64,000 nucleotides of DNA, from positions 13,268,001 to 13,332,000 of the forward strand of contig CATNEN010000001.1 of the NCBI GenBank assembly GCA_950097015.1. The letters are read 5' to 3'. Each line of letters begins with the position of its first letter. Positions within the stretch are counted from its first letter, which is position 1. Source of the stretch: Macrostomum hystrix (taxonomy: Eukaryota; Animalia; Platyhelminthes). Under the pieces are notes generated by a model that saw only the letters and a program-made list of their open reading frames with translations, was not told the origin of the DNA and did no database searches. A program made the translations under genes and the position numbers. Shown piece after piece: positions 27,276-39,874 of this stretch.

Positions 27276-27964
27276 CATTTCATTTAATTGCATTCTTATC
27301 TTACTAACTAGAATATATGCCCGAGTGGACAGAATGCCAACATGTACCCAAGTTTAGTTTTCGACAGCAATTTGACGCAGTGGTGCAACTGCAAGTATAC
27401 TGTAAACACTGGGATTTAGAATTCATCAGGCAGATCGGTAAAGAGGAGAGGCGATAAGACGCTAAAATGGGATTAGCATGTTATAATCAACTATCAGCGC
27501 TCGCACAGATTCAATAAAATTTTTACGATCTGCAGACAAAATTTCCCAACTGTTTAGGTAGGGATCGGCAGCATTCCCTCAGGATTGACGCACGTGCACT
27601 GATATTACCTGCTGTTGTTGTCAGGCGGAATGCGGCCAGGTGAATCCAAATAGGAATTATGGCTTTTTGTCGCTAAGCCGAAGACATTAAAATTTATAGG
27701 GTGCATATATATTTGTGCCAATTTATAACAGAAACTAAAGCAAAGGTGAGATCGTTATGAAACCTTTCTGAAAGATAAATTGCGTTCGTATTTTTATTAC
27801 TTCTTTCATCATGCAATAATCATATTGAAATTTAATGTGCATGGCCTAGTTGATTTTCAATTCAGCTTTTGCAGGAAAAGAGCAAAATTTAGGTTGAAAA
27901 AAGTTATTTAATTTCATTATATCAATTCTCTATTTTGGCGATGAGCAACACATTAAGTGATTGT

Positions 27965-28962
27965 CCTGCACAACTGTGAACACCTGTGCACCATCCTAAA
28001 CAACTGTGTGCCATCCCAAACACCTGTGCACCATCCTAAACAACTGTGTGCCATCCTAAACAACTGTGTGCCATCCTAAACAACTGTGTGCCATCCCAAA
28101 CACCTGTGCACCATCCTAAACACCTGTGTGCCATCCTAAACAACTGTGTGCCATCCTAAACAACTGTGTGCCATCCTAAACAACTGTGTGCCATCCTAAA
28201 CAACTGTGTGCCATCCTAAACACCTGTGCACCATCCTAAACAACTGTGTGCCATCCTAAACAATTGTGCACCATCCTAAACAACTGTGTGCCATCCTAAA
28301 CACCTGTGCACCATCCTAAACAACTGTGTGCCATCCTAAACAACTGTGTGCCATTTTAAACAACTGTGGGCCATCCTAAACAACTGTGTGCCATCCTAAA
28401 CAACTGTGTGCCATCCTAAACAACTGTGTGCCATCCTAAACAATTGTGCACCATCCTAAACAACTGTGTGCCATCCTAAACACCTGTGCACCATCCTAAA
28501 CAACTGTGTGCCATCCTAAACAACTGTGTGCCATTTTAAACAACTGTGGGCCATCCTAAACACCTGTGCACCATCCTAAACACCTGTGTGCCATCCTAAA
28601 CAACTGTGTGCCATCCTAAACACCTGCGTGCCATCCTAAACAACTGTGTGCCATCCTAAACAACTGTGTGCCATCCTAAACAATTGTGTGCCATCTTAAA
28701 CAACTGTGTGCCATCCTAAACAACTGCGTGCCATCCTAAACAACTGTGTGCCATCCTAAACAACTGTGTGCCATCCTAAACAATTGTGTGCCATCCTAAA
28801 CAACTGCGTGCCATCCTAAACAACTGTGTGCCATCCTAAACACCTGTGCACCATCCTAAACACCTGTGCACCATCCTAAACACCTGTGCACCATCCTAAA
28901 CAACTGTTTGCCCTCCTAAACACCTGTGTGCCATCCTTAACACCTGAGCACCATGCTAAACA
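27965..28962. repeat. 20-bp minisatellite CCATCCTAAACAACTGTGTG
   Basis: About 50 units. Confidence 0.97.
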
Positions 28963-29143
28963 GTCTTGGTGTTACACGCAACTATCACACTACTAGGATG
29001 CAATAAAATCTAAAGAGAAACTAAGAATACGTTTATTGGAGGAAATTTGAGAAACTAAATTTAACGTTAATAAAGTTCCTTTAACTCGATGCGATTGAAG
29101 AATGGTGTACATTTAAATCTCTATATAGCTACTTTAAGTAGAT

Positions 29144-29740
29144 TACTTACTTACTTTACTTACTTACTTTGCAGGGGGGCCTGGGGCACTTGACGCACAA
29201 ACACAGGAACGGCATGCCCCCAGGCCGGCGAACTAGGCGAAAGCCGCCCATCGCGCCGCCTCCCCTGAGCAGGCACCTCACACACACAGCAGCAAGCCAA
29301 GCGGGGAAGGGGGCGGCAGCCGGAGTGCCTCTCACCCCAGGCCCGCACACGCACAGAGCAGACCAAGCCGGGGCGGAAGGCTGATAGAAATCAGTCCTCA
29401 GGGGGGGGCGGGTGACGAGTGTACACTTTATCCAATCGCGCTGACGGAAATCCAGATGAGCGCGCGGCGGTGTACACCCGCCCCCCAGCCACCCCCCCGC
29501 AAGGTCTAACGCCCCAGCGCCAACGCACAAACTCAAACAACGCAGAACAGGCACACAGAAGGTAGGAGCGAAGCTATTTTTCAAGCTTTGATTGCACGAA
29601 ATAAGGTGCACCTCCGCCGGTCGCTACTGTCCAAACCCCCCCCAACAAGTACCGAAATTAATCGTGACCTGAAGGGTGAATCGAACTAGCGTCCTTTGGA
29701 GTGCGAGGCAGCGACGTTAGCCGCTGACCCCCCTCGCCCC
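29144..29740 (-). mobile_element. tRNA-derived SINE, ~600 bp, with (GTAA)n tail and 14-bp target-site duplication
   Basis: Minus-strand head GGGGCGAGGGGGGTCAGCGGCTAACG..GTTCGATTC (B box) and 3' AAGTAAGTAAGTAA tail. TACTTTAAGTAGAT is duplicated at 29130-29143 and 29741-29754. Confidence 0.88.
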
Positions 29741-29939
29741 TACTTTAAGTAGATAAGTAGATATTGACATTGAAATCTCAATTTTAAATCTTTTTAAACT
29801 TGTGAAACCCCAGTGCCCATGGTGATACAATTTTCGTGCTCTAATAGGTTAATTCTATTCGGCTGTATATTACCTTAAAGTTCAATAAAATTCACTTCAG
29901 CATAAGAAAGGAAATGTGAGAGGATAGAAGAGAAAATGA

Positions 29940-31180
29940 TGGGAGACGAGAGGAGATGAGAGGAAAGGATAAGAGGAGAGGAAAGGATAAAAGGAGAGGA
30001 AAGGATAAGAGGAGAGGAAAGGACAAGAGGAGAGGAAAGGATAAAAGGAGAGGAAAGGATAGGAGGAGAGGAAAGGACAAGAGGAGAGGAAAGGATAAAA
30101 GGAGAGGAAAGGATAGGAGGAGAGGAAAGGATAAGAGGAGAGGAAAGGATAGGAGGAGAGGAAAGGATAGGAGGAGAGAAAAGGATAAGAGGAGATGAAA
30201 GGATAGGAGGAGAGGAAAGGATAAGAGGAGAGGAAAGGATAAGAGGAGAGGAAAGGATAGGAGGAGATGAAAAGATAAGAGGAGAGGAAAGGATAGGAGG
30301 AGAGAAAAGGATAAGAGGAGATGAAAGGATAAGAGGAGGAAAGGATAAGAGGAGAGGAAAGGATAGAAGGAGAGAAAAGGATAAGTGGAGATGAAAGGAT
30401 AAGAGGAGGAAAGGATAAGAGGAGAGGAAAGGATAAAAGGAGAGGAAAGGAAAGGATGGAGAGGAGAAAGTGGATGAAGATAAGAAAAAGAGAGGGAAGG
30501 AAGCGAAAGGAAAAAGAGACAAATGGAAAGCATGTGATTAGAGTGGATTCGCCCATAAAAGAGGAATGGACAATGGACAAGGAAGAGGGATGGGAGAGGA
30601 GAGGATGGGAGAGGAGAGGATTGGAGAGGAGAGGATGTGATAGGAGAGGATTGGAGAGGAGAGGATGTGATAGGAGAGGATTGGATAGGAGAGGATGTGA
30701 TAGGAGAGGATGTGATAGGAGAGGATGTGAGAGGTTAGGATGTGAGAGGAGAGGATTGGAGAGGAGAGGATGGAAGAGGAGAGAATGGAAGAGGAGAGGA
30801 TGGGAGAGGAGAGGATGGGAGAGGAGAGGATGGGAGAGGAGAGAATGGAAGAGGAGAGAATGGAAGAGGAGAGGATGGGACAGGAGAGGATGTGAGAGGA
30901 GAGGATGTGAGAGGAGAGGATGTGAGAGGAGAGGATGGGAGAGGAGAGAATGGGAGAGGAGAGGATGGGAGAGGAGAGGATGTGAGAGGAGAGGATGGAA
31001 GAGGAGAGGATGGGAGAGGAGAGGATGGGAGAGGAGAGGATGGGAGAGGAGAGAATGGAAGAGGAGAGGATGGGACAGGAGAGGATGTGAGAGGAGAGGA
31101 TGTGAGAAGAGAGGATGTGAGAGGAGAGGATGGGAGAGGAGAGGATGGGAGAGGAGAGGAAAGGAAAGGAGAGGAGGGGA
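29940..31180. repeat. Polypurine arrays: 18-bp AGGAGAGGAAAGGATAAG, then 15-bp GAGAGGAGAGGATGG
   Basis: Two adjacent GA-rich tandem arrays separated by ~100 bp of less repetitive sequence. Confidence 0.95.
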
Positions 31181-32002
31181 TAGTTGTGGAAGAGATACGA
31201 GATGGGACAGGATCATTGGAGATGAAGTGGCTGCCTTTAGGAAATAATCCTAACTATGAACGAGTTAGGGAATAATTAAGGAATGGACCAGACGGGAAAA
31301 TGAGAGAGGAAAATTTGTGTTTAATACGCTTAAAATACGCTTTTAGAAGGCTAAGTGCACGAGGCGGCTAACTGCAGTTGTGTGGACAACACCTGGCGGC
31401 GACCAAATATTTTGAATTATTTTTCGTATTCTTAGTTTACTACTTAACATCTTCAATACTTCAGTAGTAGTAGATGCATATTGGCATAATATGTATTTTT
31501 CGCTGACTAAATTAGTTAATTAGTTTGAAGTACAGACAAGACAATTTAGAGATGAAGATTTAAATAATTTTTTTCATCAGAGGAAAGCTAGAATGCAGAA
31601 GACTGAATAGCGGTAAACTTAACAAAATCAAAAGTACCCAATTAGCTGATAAGAGATCCAGTTCGAGATAAGATACTGTATGTACAGGTCTGCAGTTGTT
31701 TAAGCTACCGAAATGAAATGATTAAAACAAGAAATTTGTGTCAAAACAGAGCGCGAACAACTAATGGCAGCGGAAAGACAATTCCTAAACAAACTTCTTC
31801 TTAAAACGTTTATTTCCAGGAATATGCTTTGATGCGGCATTTCTTCGACCAGAACAGACGATAGAGGCCTACTGGACAAAATGCAGTAAATTAGCGAATA
31901 AGTCATAAGACAATTGCTAAAATCAACAAGGCGTTACGTCCCACAAATATAACAATTTAGTTAGCAATAACGGATGTCTGAAATGGTGTTGAGTTGATTA
32001 AC

Positions 32003-32126
32003 GCAACGGGTATACCTGTAGATACGAGCTTTTGCTGAGGACCAATTTGGCTAGTTGGTTAGCCATAGATTTCTAGTGGCCCGATTAAACTCATCAATAG
32101 CTCATATGTACAGGACACTCGGTTGC
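32003..32126 (-). ncRNA. mir-993: Pre-miRNA-like hairpin, miR-993 (MIR-10 family)
   Basis: The minus-strand 3' arm (32032-32010) reads AAAGCUCGUAUCUACAGGUAUAC, close to recalled miR-993-3p GAAGCUCGUCUCUACAGGUAUCU (seed AAGCUCG). It pairs with the 5' arm GUGUCCUGUACAUAUGAGCUAUUG. Two G:U pairs favour the minus strand, and GCAAC/GUUGC closes the stem. Confidence 0.8.
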
Positions 32127-35100
32127 TGGAGTAGTCAATGCATAATGTTGGGTCAGATGCGAGGAGGGTTAATATTATTGTTACTGTATTATAAATTTAC
32201 CACTGATAAACTAGCCTAATACTAGCCTGTGCTTGATCGTGTGACGAAATGCTACTAGACTGCATGCGCAATCAGGATTGGCGCAATCGTTCCAAATTCT
32301 TTGCTTTTGCAAAACTAAAGCTTCAATTTCTTAACTTCGTCATTTCGAGTCCGTCTGTCTTTTTAGTAGGTCGAATTCGAAAATTAAATAATGGTATCAA
32401 ATTAAGCCTGAAAATCCAAAAGAGAAATTATTTGTATCTTTTGTTTAACTAGAACTTCTAAAATAATATCTTGACGGCAGAGGCAAACCAAGAAAGATTA
32501 TACTTTCTATAAACAGACATACACATACACATACACATACACATAACACTTGCCAGTAGAATGCAGCTATTGCTGATAGGGCCGCGTCTGCCAGGTGAAT
32601 TGCGAAGCTCAAGCTTAGAATTCTCACACACTGCTGGCTGCTGCGGAAATCGGTAAATGTCTTTCAAATAAGGCCGGATTGAATCAATGAAACTTGTTTC
32701 CAGTTTCCAGTTTCCAGTTTACGGGGCTGGCTCCGGGCTGCGGAAACTAAAAAAGCGAGTCGGCCGAGTGGTGTGAGAGAGAATTTCAAGTCGTTAAGAA
32801 TTCAGCTGGAAAGGCCTTGTCTAGATACCAGGTCGAAAACGTGTGGAGAGGCTTCACTTTATACTGGGGGCGGCCGGCTTGTATTGGTGCGTCGGGGTTG
32901 TTGTTCTCTACGCCAAGCCCTATTTCCGTCCCCCACTTCCAGTTAAATAGGGGCTAAAACTGAGACCTTCCCCCACCCCTCAACCCCAGCGGCCCACGCC
33001 ACCTCACTGTTTTGCAGAGTCAGCCAAAGTTCCGCCGGTCCATCTACAAGGGCCTCCTTCCCTCTCACCAGCCCCCACGGCAAGATTTTATGGCCCCTGC
33101 GCCCGCCTCACCCTCCACACAACACTGTTGTGCCTCCCCTTAACCAGACACACAAATACACAACACGAAGTCGCAAACAGATATGTAACACACAGGCCAA
33201 TCCAATCCTTTCAACGTACCCCTCCTCAAAGTCCTAAAAAGCGAAATGGCGCGCACGCAGGCTGGAGTGAGCCCAGCCCACACCCGACATAGCCAAACTC
33301 TGAGCTCAGAAGGGAAAGGAGGGAGTGGCGTTGTTATTATAGAACACAATGAGTTTTTGGAATGAGGCGCTGGCGATTTGGACTAAGGTGGTTTTATAAA
33401 GGCTTTGCGCAGAGAGAGAGCATAATAAAGTAAAATAAATTGCCAAGAACGAAAGTCACGTCCATCTTCAGTGCGCATAGGAATTTCAGATGGGCAGAAT
33501 CGCTTTGAATGAATAAAAATGTTTAATGGTTAAAAAATGTAGTGTTTTAAATAGATCTTTTCTTAGAAATTATATTTAGTCGACAATCGACTCAGAAATA
33601 TTTAGTTCAAGTAAATTCTCGATAATGAATACAAACCTTAAAAAGTAAGAGTCAACAAAGCAAGGACAATTAGCCAACTTTCTCCACTGCGCACGCAAAA
33701 ATAACAAAAATTTTATCTTATTAAAATGCCTGGAGATCAGGCTTCAACTTTATAAGTTTATGCAGAGCGGCGCTGTGGGCGGCCGGGGTTAAAAAACTTT
33801 ATTGAAAATAGTGAAAAATTTCATTAGCGAAATTCACTAAATTTCACACTTTTAACGGCTTCTCAAAAACCGAAATCATTTAGGAATATCAATTGAAACT
33901 TAAAACAAAAATTGAAAAAAAATAAACCCTTTCTTTTCAGCATAATCGATCCAGTCGAGCTACTCGAGTGTCGTGTATAAGAAAATGAATTTACAAACAA
34001 AATCAAACATATCAGATAAATGGAAAGCAAAAACATAAAATGAAAACTCTTGGCAGGCTGACTATCAGAAACACATTATAATTAACTTCTGTGAAGGTGG
34101 CGTGGGCCAAAATGGTACTAAATAGGCTTGTTGAAATTGTCGAAGGCGATTTCAATTGGCAATCGATTCCGAAACAAAGGCGTTAAAATTGTCTCAGCCA
34201 GTCGCCCTCGCCCTCCCTCACTTCTTATTCCTAGAAAGTAGATACAGACAGCAGTTGTAAACGGCCGGTATAATTATTATGACCCTGATTTATTATGTAA
34301 TTAAGCTCTTTCGTCCAATTTTTTTTAAGTCCTCGCCCTCGCAATAGACTAATTGTCCGCCAGTTCGTTTCCAAGAGGACGAGGCTTGTTTTGATTCTCC
34401 TAATTCAGACAGAAAATCGGATTATTATTCGAGCAATTCATTTGCTCAGCAATCAGCAGCACAAGACCTAAAAACAGCTTCGGCTAAAGAAGGCTTTACA
34501 GTAAAAAGCCTCGAACAGTGTGAAATTAGGAATGCCAGAGAGGAGCCATAAACAAATTAACGACGCATATCGTGCAAAGCCGAGTGTAGACAGACTGGGT
34601 CTGGGTGCAATCATTTTAAAGTGCACGGAATAGAACACCCTTCAGTATTTTTGTTTTTATTCACTCTGTATCTTTATTTATTTACACTGTTATGCAGTAC
34701 TTTTCTAGCGATGCGCTTATCAATACAAAGTTAAAATACACATTACCACTACAAAAAGTATATAGTAAAATTATTAGGCTAATTGTTAGATTCAGGACAT
34801 CCGCAATTTTCACATATTTGACGAGTTATCTTTGCCTTGCTGTGGCGTGCTTCCTACTTTTATTGTTTATGAGGATGGCCACATGGCTTGTGGCTTGCGG
34901 CTTGCCTGACAAGTAAGACTTCAGTTTAACTTGTGCAAAAGCTCAAGAGGCTCAATGAGACTTAAGCGATATTCTAGTCTGCCTGTTGTTTTGTGTTTTG
35001 TCCTGTATTGCGTGTCTCTGTGCGGTTGTCGGCTTGCTTAACAGAGGGTCACGAGTCACAACATGCAACACTCCACTGGCTGCACAAAAGGGAAATAGAA

Positions 35101-35692
35101 GAGATAACAGATACACATAATATAGTATTAGTCCAGGCAGTTGGCCCCGCCGGAGAAAGAAATAAAAGAGAGAAGCGAGATTGTAAATCAGCCCGCCCCG
35201 CGCGCAGCCACCTCCCTACGCCTGCCTCTCCCACTCTCTCCCTCGCTCATGAAAAAGGTTGACACCCCACCAGCCCTCTGCAAGACTGAGTGGCGCCCGC
35301 GGGTTTTATAATTCTGGCCTTATTGCCCTGCCCCCTACAGTCCCGACGCACACAAGCCATAATTATATAGCGAAGGCCCTAAAAACTATAAACTCGCTCT
35401 GGCTTGGGCGGCGGTACCTTTGCACATCAAAGGACGCCGGCAAACTTTGGAATAGGAGGCCGGCCGCAAAGGGGTTGGTGGAGCCGCGGAGGAGGTGGCT
35501 GTTCAAGGCGCACAGCTCCCTAATACACAGCCCTTGATGCCATTTACAGCTAAGCGAAGCCATTTAGCATTAGCAATTCATTCAGGAATAGGGTCCCTCT
35601 GAGAATGCTTGCGACTGAATTCCAACTGTACTCAAAGTCCAGCAATAAATAAGAATAATGAGAAGGACCCAATTATATACTGTAGTAGTTTA

Positions 35693-36591
35693 CTATTGCT
35701 TTTGTCGCGCTATGTGGAACAGTGGACATGCAAAACGGAACGGCCCATTGAATTCTATGGCCGAGCGTTTGAATTCACACGAGAAAGTAAGCCATAGACA
35801 ACTCAATTTGTCATGCTATGTGGAACGATGAGCCAGAATAGAAGGAACGATTTTAGTTTTTATTTGTAGAAAGTATAAAAGCAAGCAGAAGCAGAATTGC
35901 ATTCAAGTGAATCTTATTGTAAGTCTGAAATTGAAGCATCAGTTACAAAATTTGAACCCCTAAAACAGATGTCGCTGCAAACACAATCGAAACAATCGAT
36001 TGCAGCGCAGCTCCCAGCCAGCGCACTTGTCAGCAGTGATTGCTTGACAAACAGCCTCAGTCGCCTCTCGTTCAAGTAGCATGAATCTCCACTGCTCAAG
36101 TAACACTCCTTCTGGTGGAACTTGCTCATCCTCAACTATGCCGGCTTCCGCCAAACGGTTTTTGAGATTTGACTTCAACGCAGAGTTAGTAAATTCGGTC
36201 GGGTTTAGAAATTGTGAATACGGGGGTAGGATTCGTGTCGTAATTCTGTCCCGATGGTTCTCTCGGATCTCCACATTACGATGAAAATTTGAGCCATCCA
36301 TAAAAATTACACAGTTTCCGGTAGGGTCCAGTTGATGGCAGCGGTCTGCTAGGTGGTCTAAAAATTCTTGAAACCTTTGCTGCGTTTGACCAAGAAAATG
36401 AAAGCGTGTTGTTGTCTCTGTGAAAAACTAAAATCGTTCCTTCTATTCTGGCTCATCGTTCCACATAGCATGACAATTTGAGTTGTCTATGGCTTACTTT
36501 CTCGTGTGAATTCAAACGCTTGGCCATAGAATTCCATGGGCCGTTCCGTTTTGCATGTCCACTGTTCCACATAGCGCGACAAAAGCAATAG
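35693..36591 (-). mobile_element. Internally deleted Tc1/IS630-superfamily DNA transposon
   Basis: Near-perfect terminal inverted repeats of ~170 bp (CTATTGCTTTTGTCGCGC...GCGCGACAAAAGCAATAG) flanked by TA. The internal minus-strand remnant FQEFLDHL..VIFMDGSNFH..ILPPYSQFLNPTE is the C-terminal part of a DDE transposase (ORF 35960-36301). Confidence 0.9.
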
Positions 36592-37021
36592 TAAATTAAG
36601 TATATGCAAAAAACGAAAGCATCCGAAGATTAAGCTTCATTTCCGATTGAATGATAAGAAACCGATTTGAGTGGACAAAGCTCGACAACAACACGAAAGA
36701 AGGATGAGAAACTACTCAATTTATTTAAAAGAAAAAGCGTTTTTACCTCTTGCAATTCCTATACATCTGCTCCAAAAACCAGAGTGGGCTGTGCGTGACT
36801 TGGAATAATTTTTGAATGACCTCCTGAACTAGTAGATTAATATTAATAAGTCATGGAAACTGTGCATTCAATTAAATGCAGCTGGTACGCAAATGTGAAG
36901 TGCAAAAGTACACAGAATTCGCAGCATTGCTTAACTTAAAAACACTTAGCAAAATTAACTTGAACGCTGAAAATGATCCTCTTCAGGAATCTAATCTTCG
37001 GAACATCGAATCCCATCATCT

Positions 37022-37420
37022 CATCTTAGGAAATGCTAGATCAACCCCATCATAGGAAATGCTAGATCAATCCCATCTTAGGAAATGCTAGATCAACCCC
37101 ATCATAGGAGATGCTAGATCAACCCCATCATAGGAAATGCTAGATCAACCCCATCATAGGAGATGCTAGATCAATCCCATCTTAGGAAATGCTAGATCAA
37201 CCCCATCATAGGAGATTCTAGATCAATCCCATCTTAGGAGATTCTAGATCAATCCCATCTTAGGAGATTCTAGATCAATCCCATCTTAGGAGATTCTAGA
37301 TCAACCCCATCATAGGAGATGCTAGATCAATCCCATCATAGGAGATTCTAGATCAATCCCCTCATAGGAGATGCTAGATCAATCCCATCTTAGGAAATGC
37401 TAGATCAATCCCATCTTAGG
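37022..37420. repeat. 26-bp minisatellite CATCTTAGGAAATGCTAGATCAACCC
   Basis: About 15 units. Confidence 0.95.
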
Positions 37421-38177
37421 ATCTGCAGGAGATCTGACCTAGTTTATTTATGGACTTTCTAACGTACAAGTACTGATGAATGCTTTCAAGGCAGAAATGA
37501 CAGAAACGGCAGATATACAACACCCACAGACAACTCTACATTATTTTCTACTGCAACTCTACAAGCCAAACCGTTGGCGACCCCATGATGGCCTCCTAAA
37601 TGTGCTGTCAATAGTCAGGAAGATCAAAGGGTTAGCGCCGACACCTTGAGTCGTCCAAAACTGTCGTGTCACACAGGCAGGCGCATTGTGAAAATCCTCA
37701 ATATAACGATGGTCATTGCACTGCCAGTTCAGCTCAACCAACAGAAGCCCAGCAAATATCCCCAAATGGAAAAGTCGGGAGGAGGATCAGACTCCATGAT
37801 GCACAAGGGGAAGTTATAAAATAATTTACACTGAACTCTCTGAACAGCAATTCAAGCCGACAAGGCCATATAAGTTTATTGCATATGCGGGTTGGAACAC
37901 AGCACACGCGCGCACACCATGTCCAATGCATATTCTGTAGAATTGGAGTTCTCACTGCAATATCAATCTTCGATTTAATTTGAAAATGCCTTTTTTGTAT
38001 TTGAAACAATTTCAATATAATAATCTTGTATCTATACACGTATAACAGTGAAGGGAAGCTAGCTATGGTTGGTTTGCAGCTGTAAAGAATGACTGCATCT
38101 TTCAGCCACAAACAGCTTTGTGCGAACTTGTCAGGCCTCATTAACTCTCCAGATTAGTCTAGACATGAATCTTACTA

Positions 38178-39002
38178 TCTCTAGATCACTCCAGATCTCT
38201 CTAGATCTCTCCAGATCTCTCTAGATCTCTCCAGATCTCTCCAGATCTCTCTAGATCTCTCCAGATCTCTCTAGATCTCTCCAGATCTCTCCAGATCTCT
38301 CCCTAACTCTCTAGATCTCTCCAGATCTCTCCCTAACTCTCTAGATCCCTCCCTAACTCTCTAGATCCCTCCCTAACTCTCTAGATCTCTCCCTAACTCT
38401 CTAGATCTCTCCCTAACTCTGTAGATCTCTCCTTAACTCTCTAGATCTCTCCCTAACTCTCTAGATCTTTCCCTAACATTCTAGATCTCTCCCTAACTCT
38501 CTAGATCTCTCCCTAACTCTCTAGATCTCTCCCTAACTCTCTAGATCTCTCCCTAACTCTCTAGATCTCTCCCTAACTCTCTAGATCTCTCCCTAACTCT
38601 CTAGATCTTTCCCTAACATTCTAGATCTCTCCTAACTCTCTAGATCTTTCCCTAACATTCTAGATCTCTCCTAACTCTCTAGATCTTTCCCTAACATTCT
38701 AGATCTCTCCCTAACTCTCTAGATCTCTCCCTAACTCTCTAGATCTCTCCCTAACTCTCTAGATCTCTCCCTAACTCTCTAGATCTTTCCCTAACATTCT
38801 AGATCTCTCCCTAACTCTCTAGATCTCTCCCTAACTCTCTAGATCTCTCCCTAACTCTCTAGATCTCTCCCTAACTCTCTAGATCTTTCCCTAACATTCT
38901 AGATCTCTCCTAACTCTCTAGATCTTTCCCTAACATTCTAGATCTCTCCTAACTCTCTAGATCTTTCCCTAACATTCTAGATCTCTCCTAACTCTCTAGA
39001 AC
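38178..39002. repeat. 10-bp C(C/T)AGATCTCT array grading into 20-bp CTAGATCTCTCCCTAACTCT
   Basis: Tandem units; the period doubles near 38300. Confidence 0.95.
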
Positions 39003-39566
39003 TTCCCCCAACTCTGTAAATCTCACCGCATCTCATTAGATTTCTTCGCATTTCTGAAGATCAACATCTCTAAATTTCACAAAAATGCCTTCACTTGTCT
39101 AGACTCTGTAGATCTATCCAGACCTTACATCTGTCTTGATATTTCCTCCATCGTCATCATATAGTTTCTAAATGCCCAACTCCTGGTTCAAAGCCGAGAA
39201 CTATGACCCTCAAGGTCATGATGCAGTGGAACAAGGAGATGCAGTCAAAGGCAGCGTGCCTCTCTTCAGTTTTATTGTCGGGCTCGCGGAGGGTATAATA
39301 ATCGCAGTTAATTGCCCAATCCATAATGTTAGATGCCATTAGGCTGAACTGCAGTGTGCCAGGCTATGTATACACGGAGCAGACGAACCACTAAAGCGCT
39401 TGAAATTTGGCAGCGCAGTCAGCAGCCAGCAGTAAATCACATTTCAATAAGCTCTGCAAGCTTTCTCCTCATCTGCATAGCTACTTGGCTATAATAATAT
39501 ACAGAGCACAATACAATAGACTCCAGTATCTATTTACACTACTGACAAGTAGTATCAGTAGTATCA

Positions 39567-39740
39567 GTCAGTAGTAGGCTAAGAGCGTTGGACTTCCGAA
39601 TCTTGGTCGGGGGTTCGATTCCCGACTCCACTGGAACAACTTGTGTTCTTCAGTGGACACTTAACTCTGCTTTGCTTCAGTTCAACTAGCTGATAAATGG
39701 GTACCAGCATCAGCTGGGGCAATTGATTTTGGGTCAACCA
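39567..39740 (+). mobile_element. tRNA-derived SINE with a conserved-domain-like core
   Basis: GGCTAAGAGCGTTGGAC..GGGGTTCGATTCCCG (A/B boxes), then CACTTAACTCTG..CAGTTCAACTAGCTGATAAATGGGTACC, which resembles the Nin/Deu-type SINE core. Family assignment is from recall only. Confidence 0.7.
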
Positions 39741-39874
39741 GTCCATGGACTGATTTCATGATTTCATATAGATTTTAGATGCACCGCGCAATAGCTGCGA
39801 CTGTGCTGTCGGCTAAGGTTAGTTGAAAAAATGAAATTATAAGTTAGAATTGAAAGATAATTTAGTAGGGATCG

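Noticed and set aside
29875-31275. Long low-complexity ORFs on both strands
   Set aside because: Translations of the polypurine arrays.
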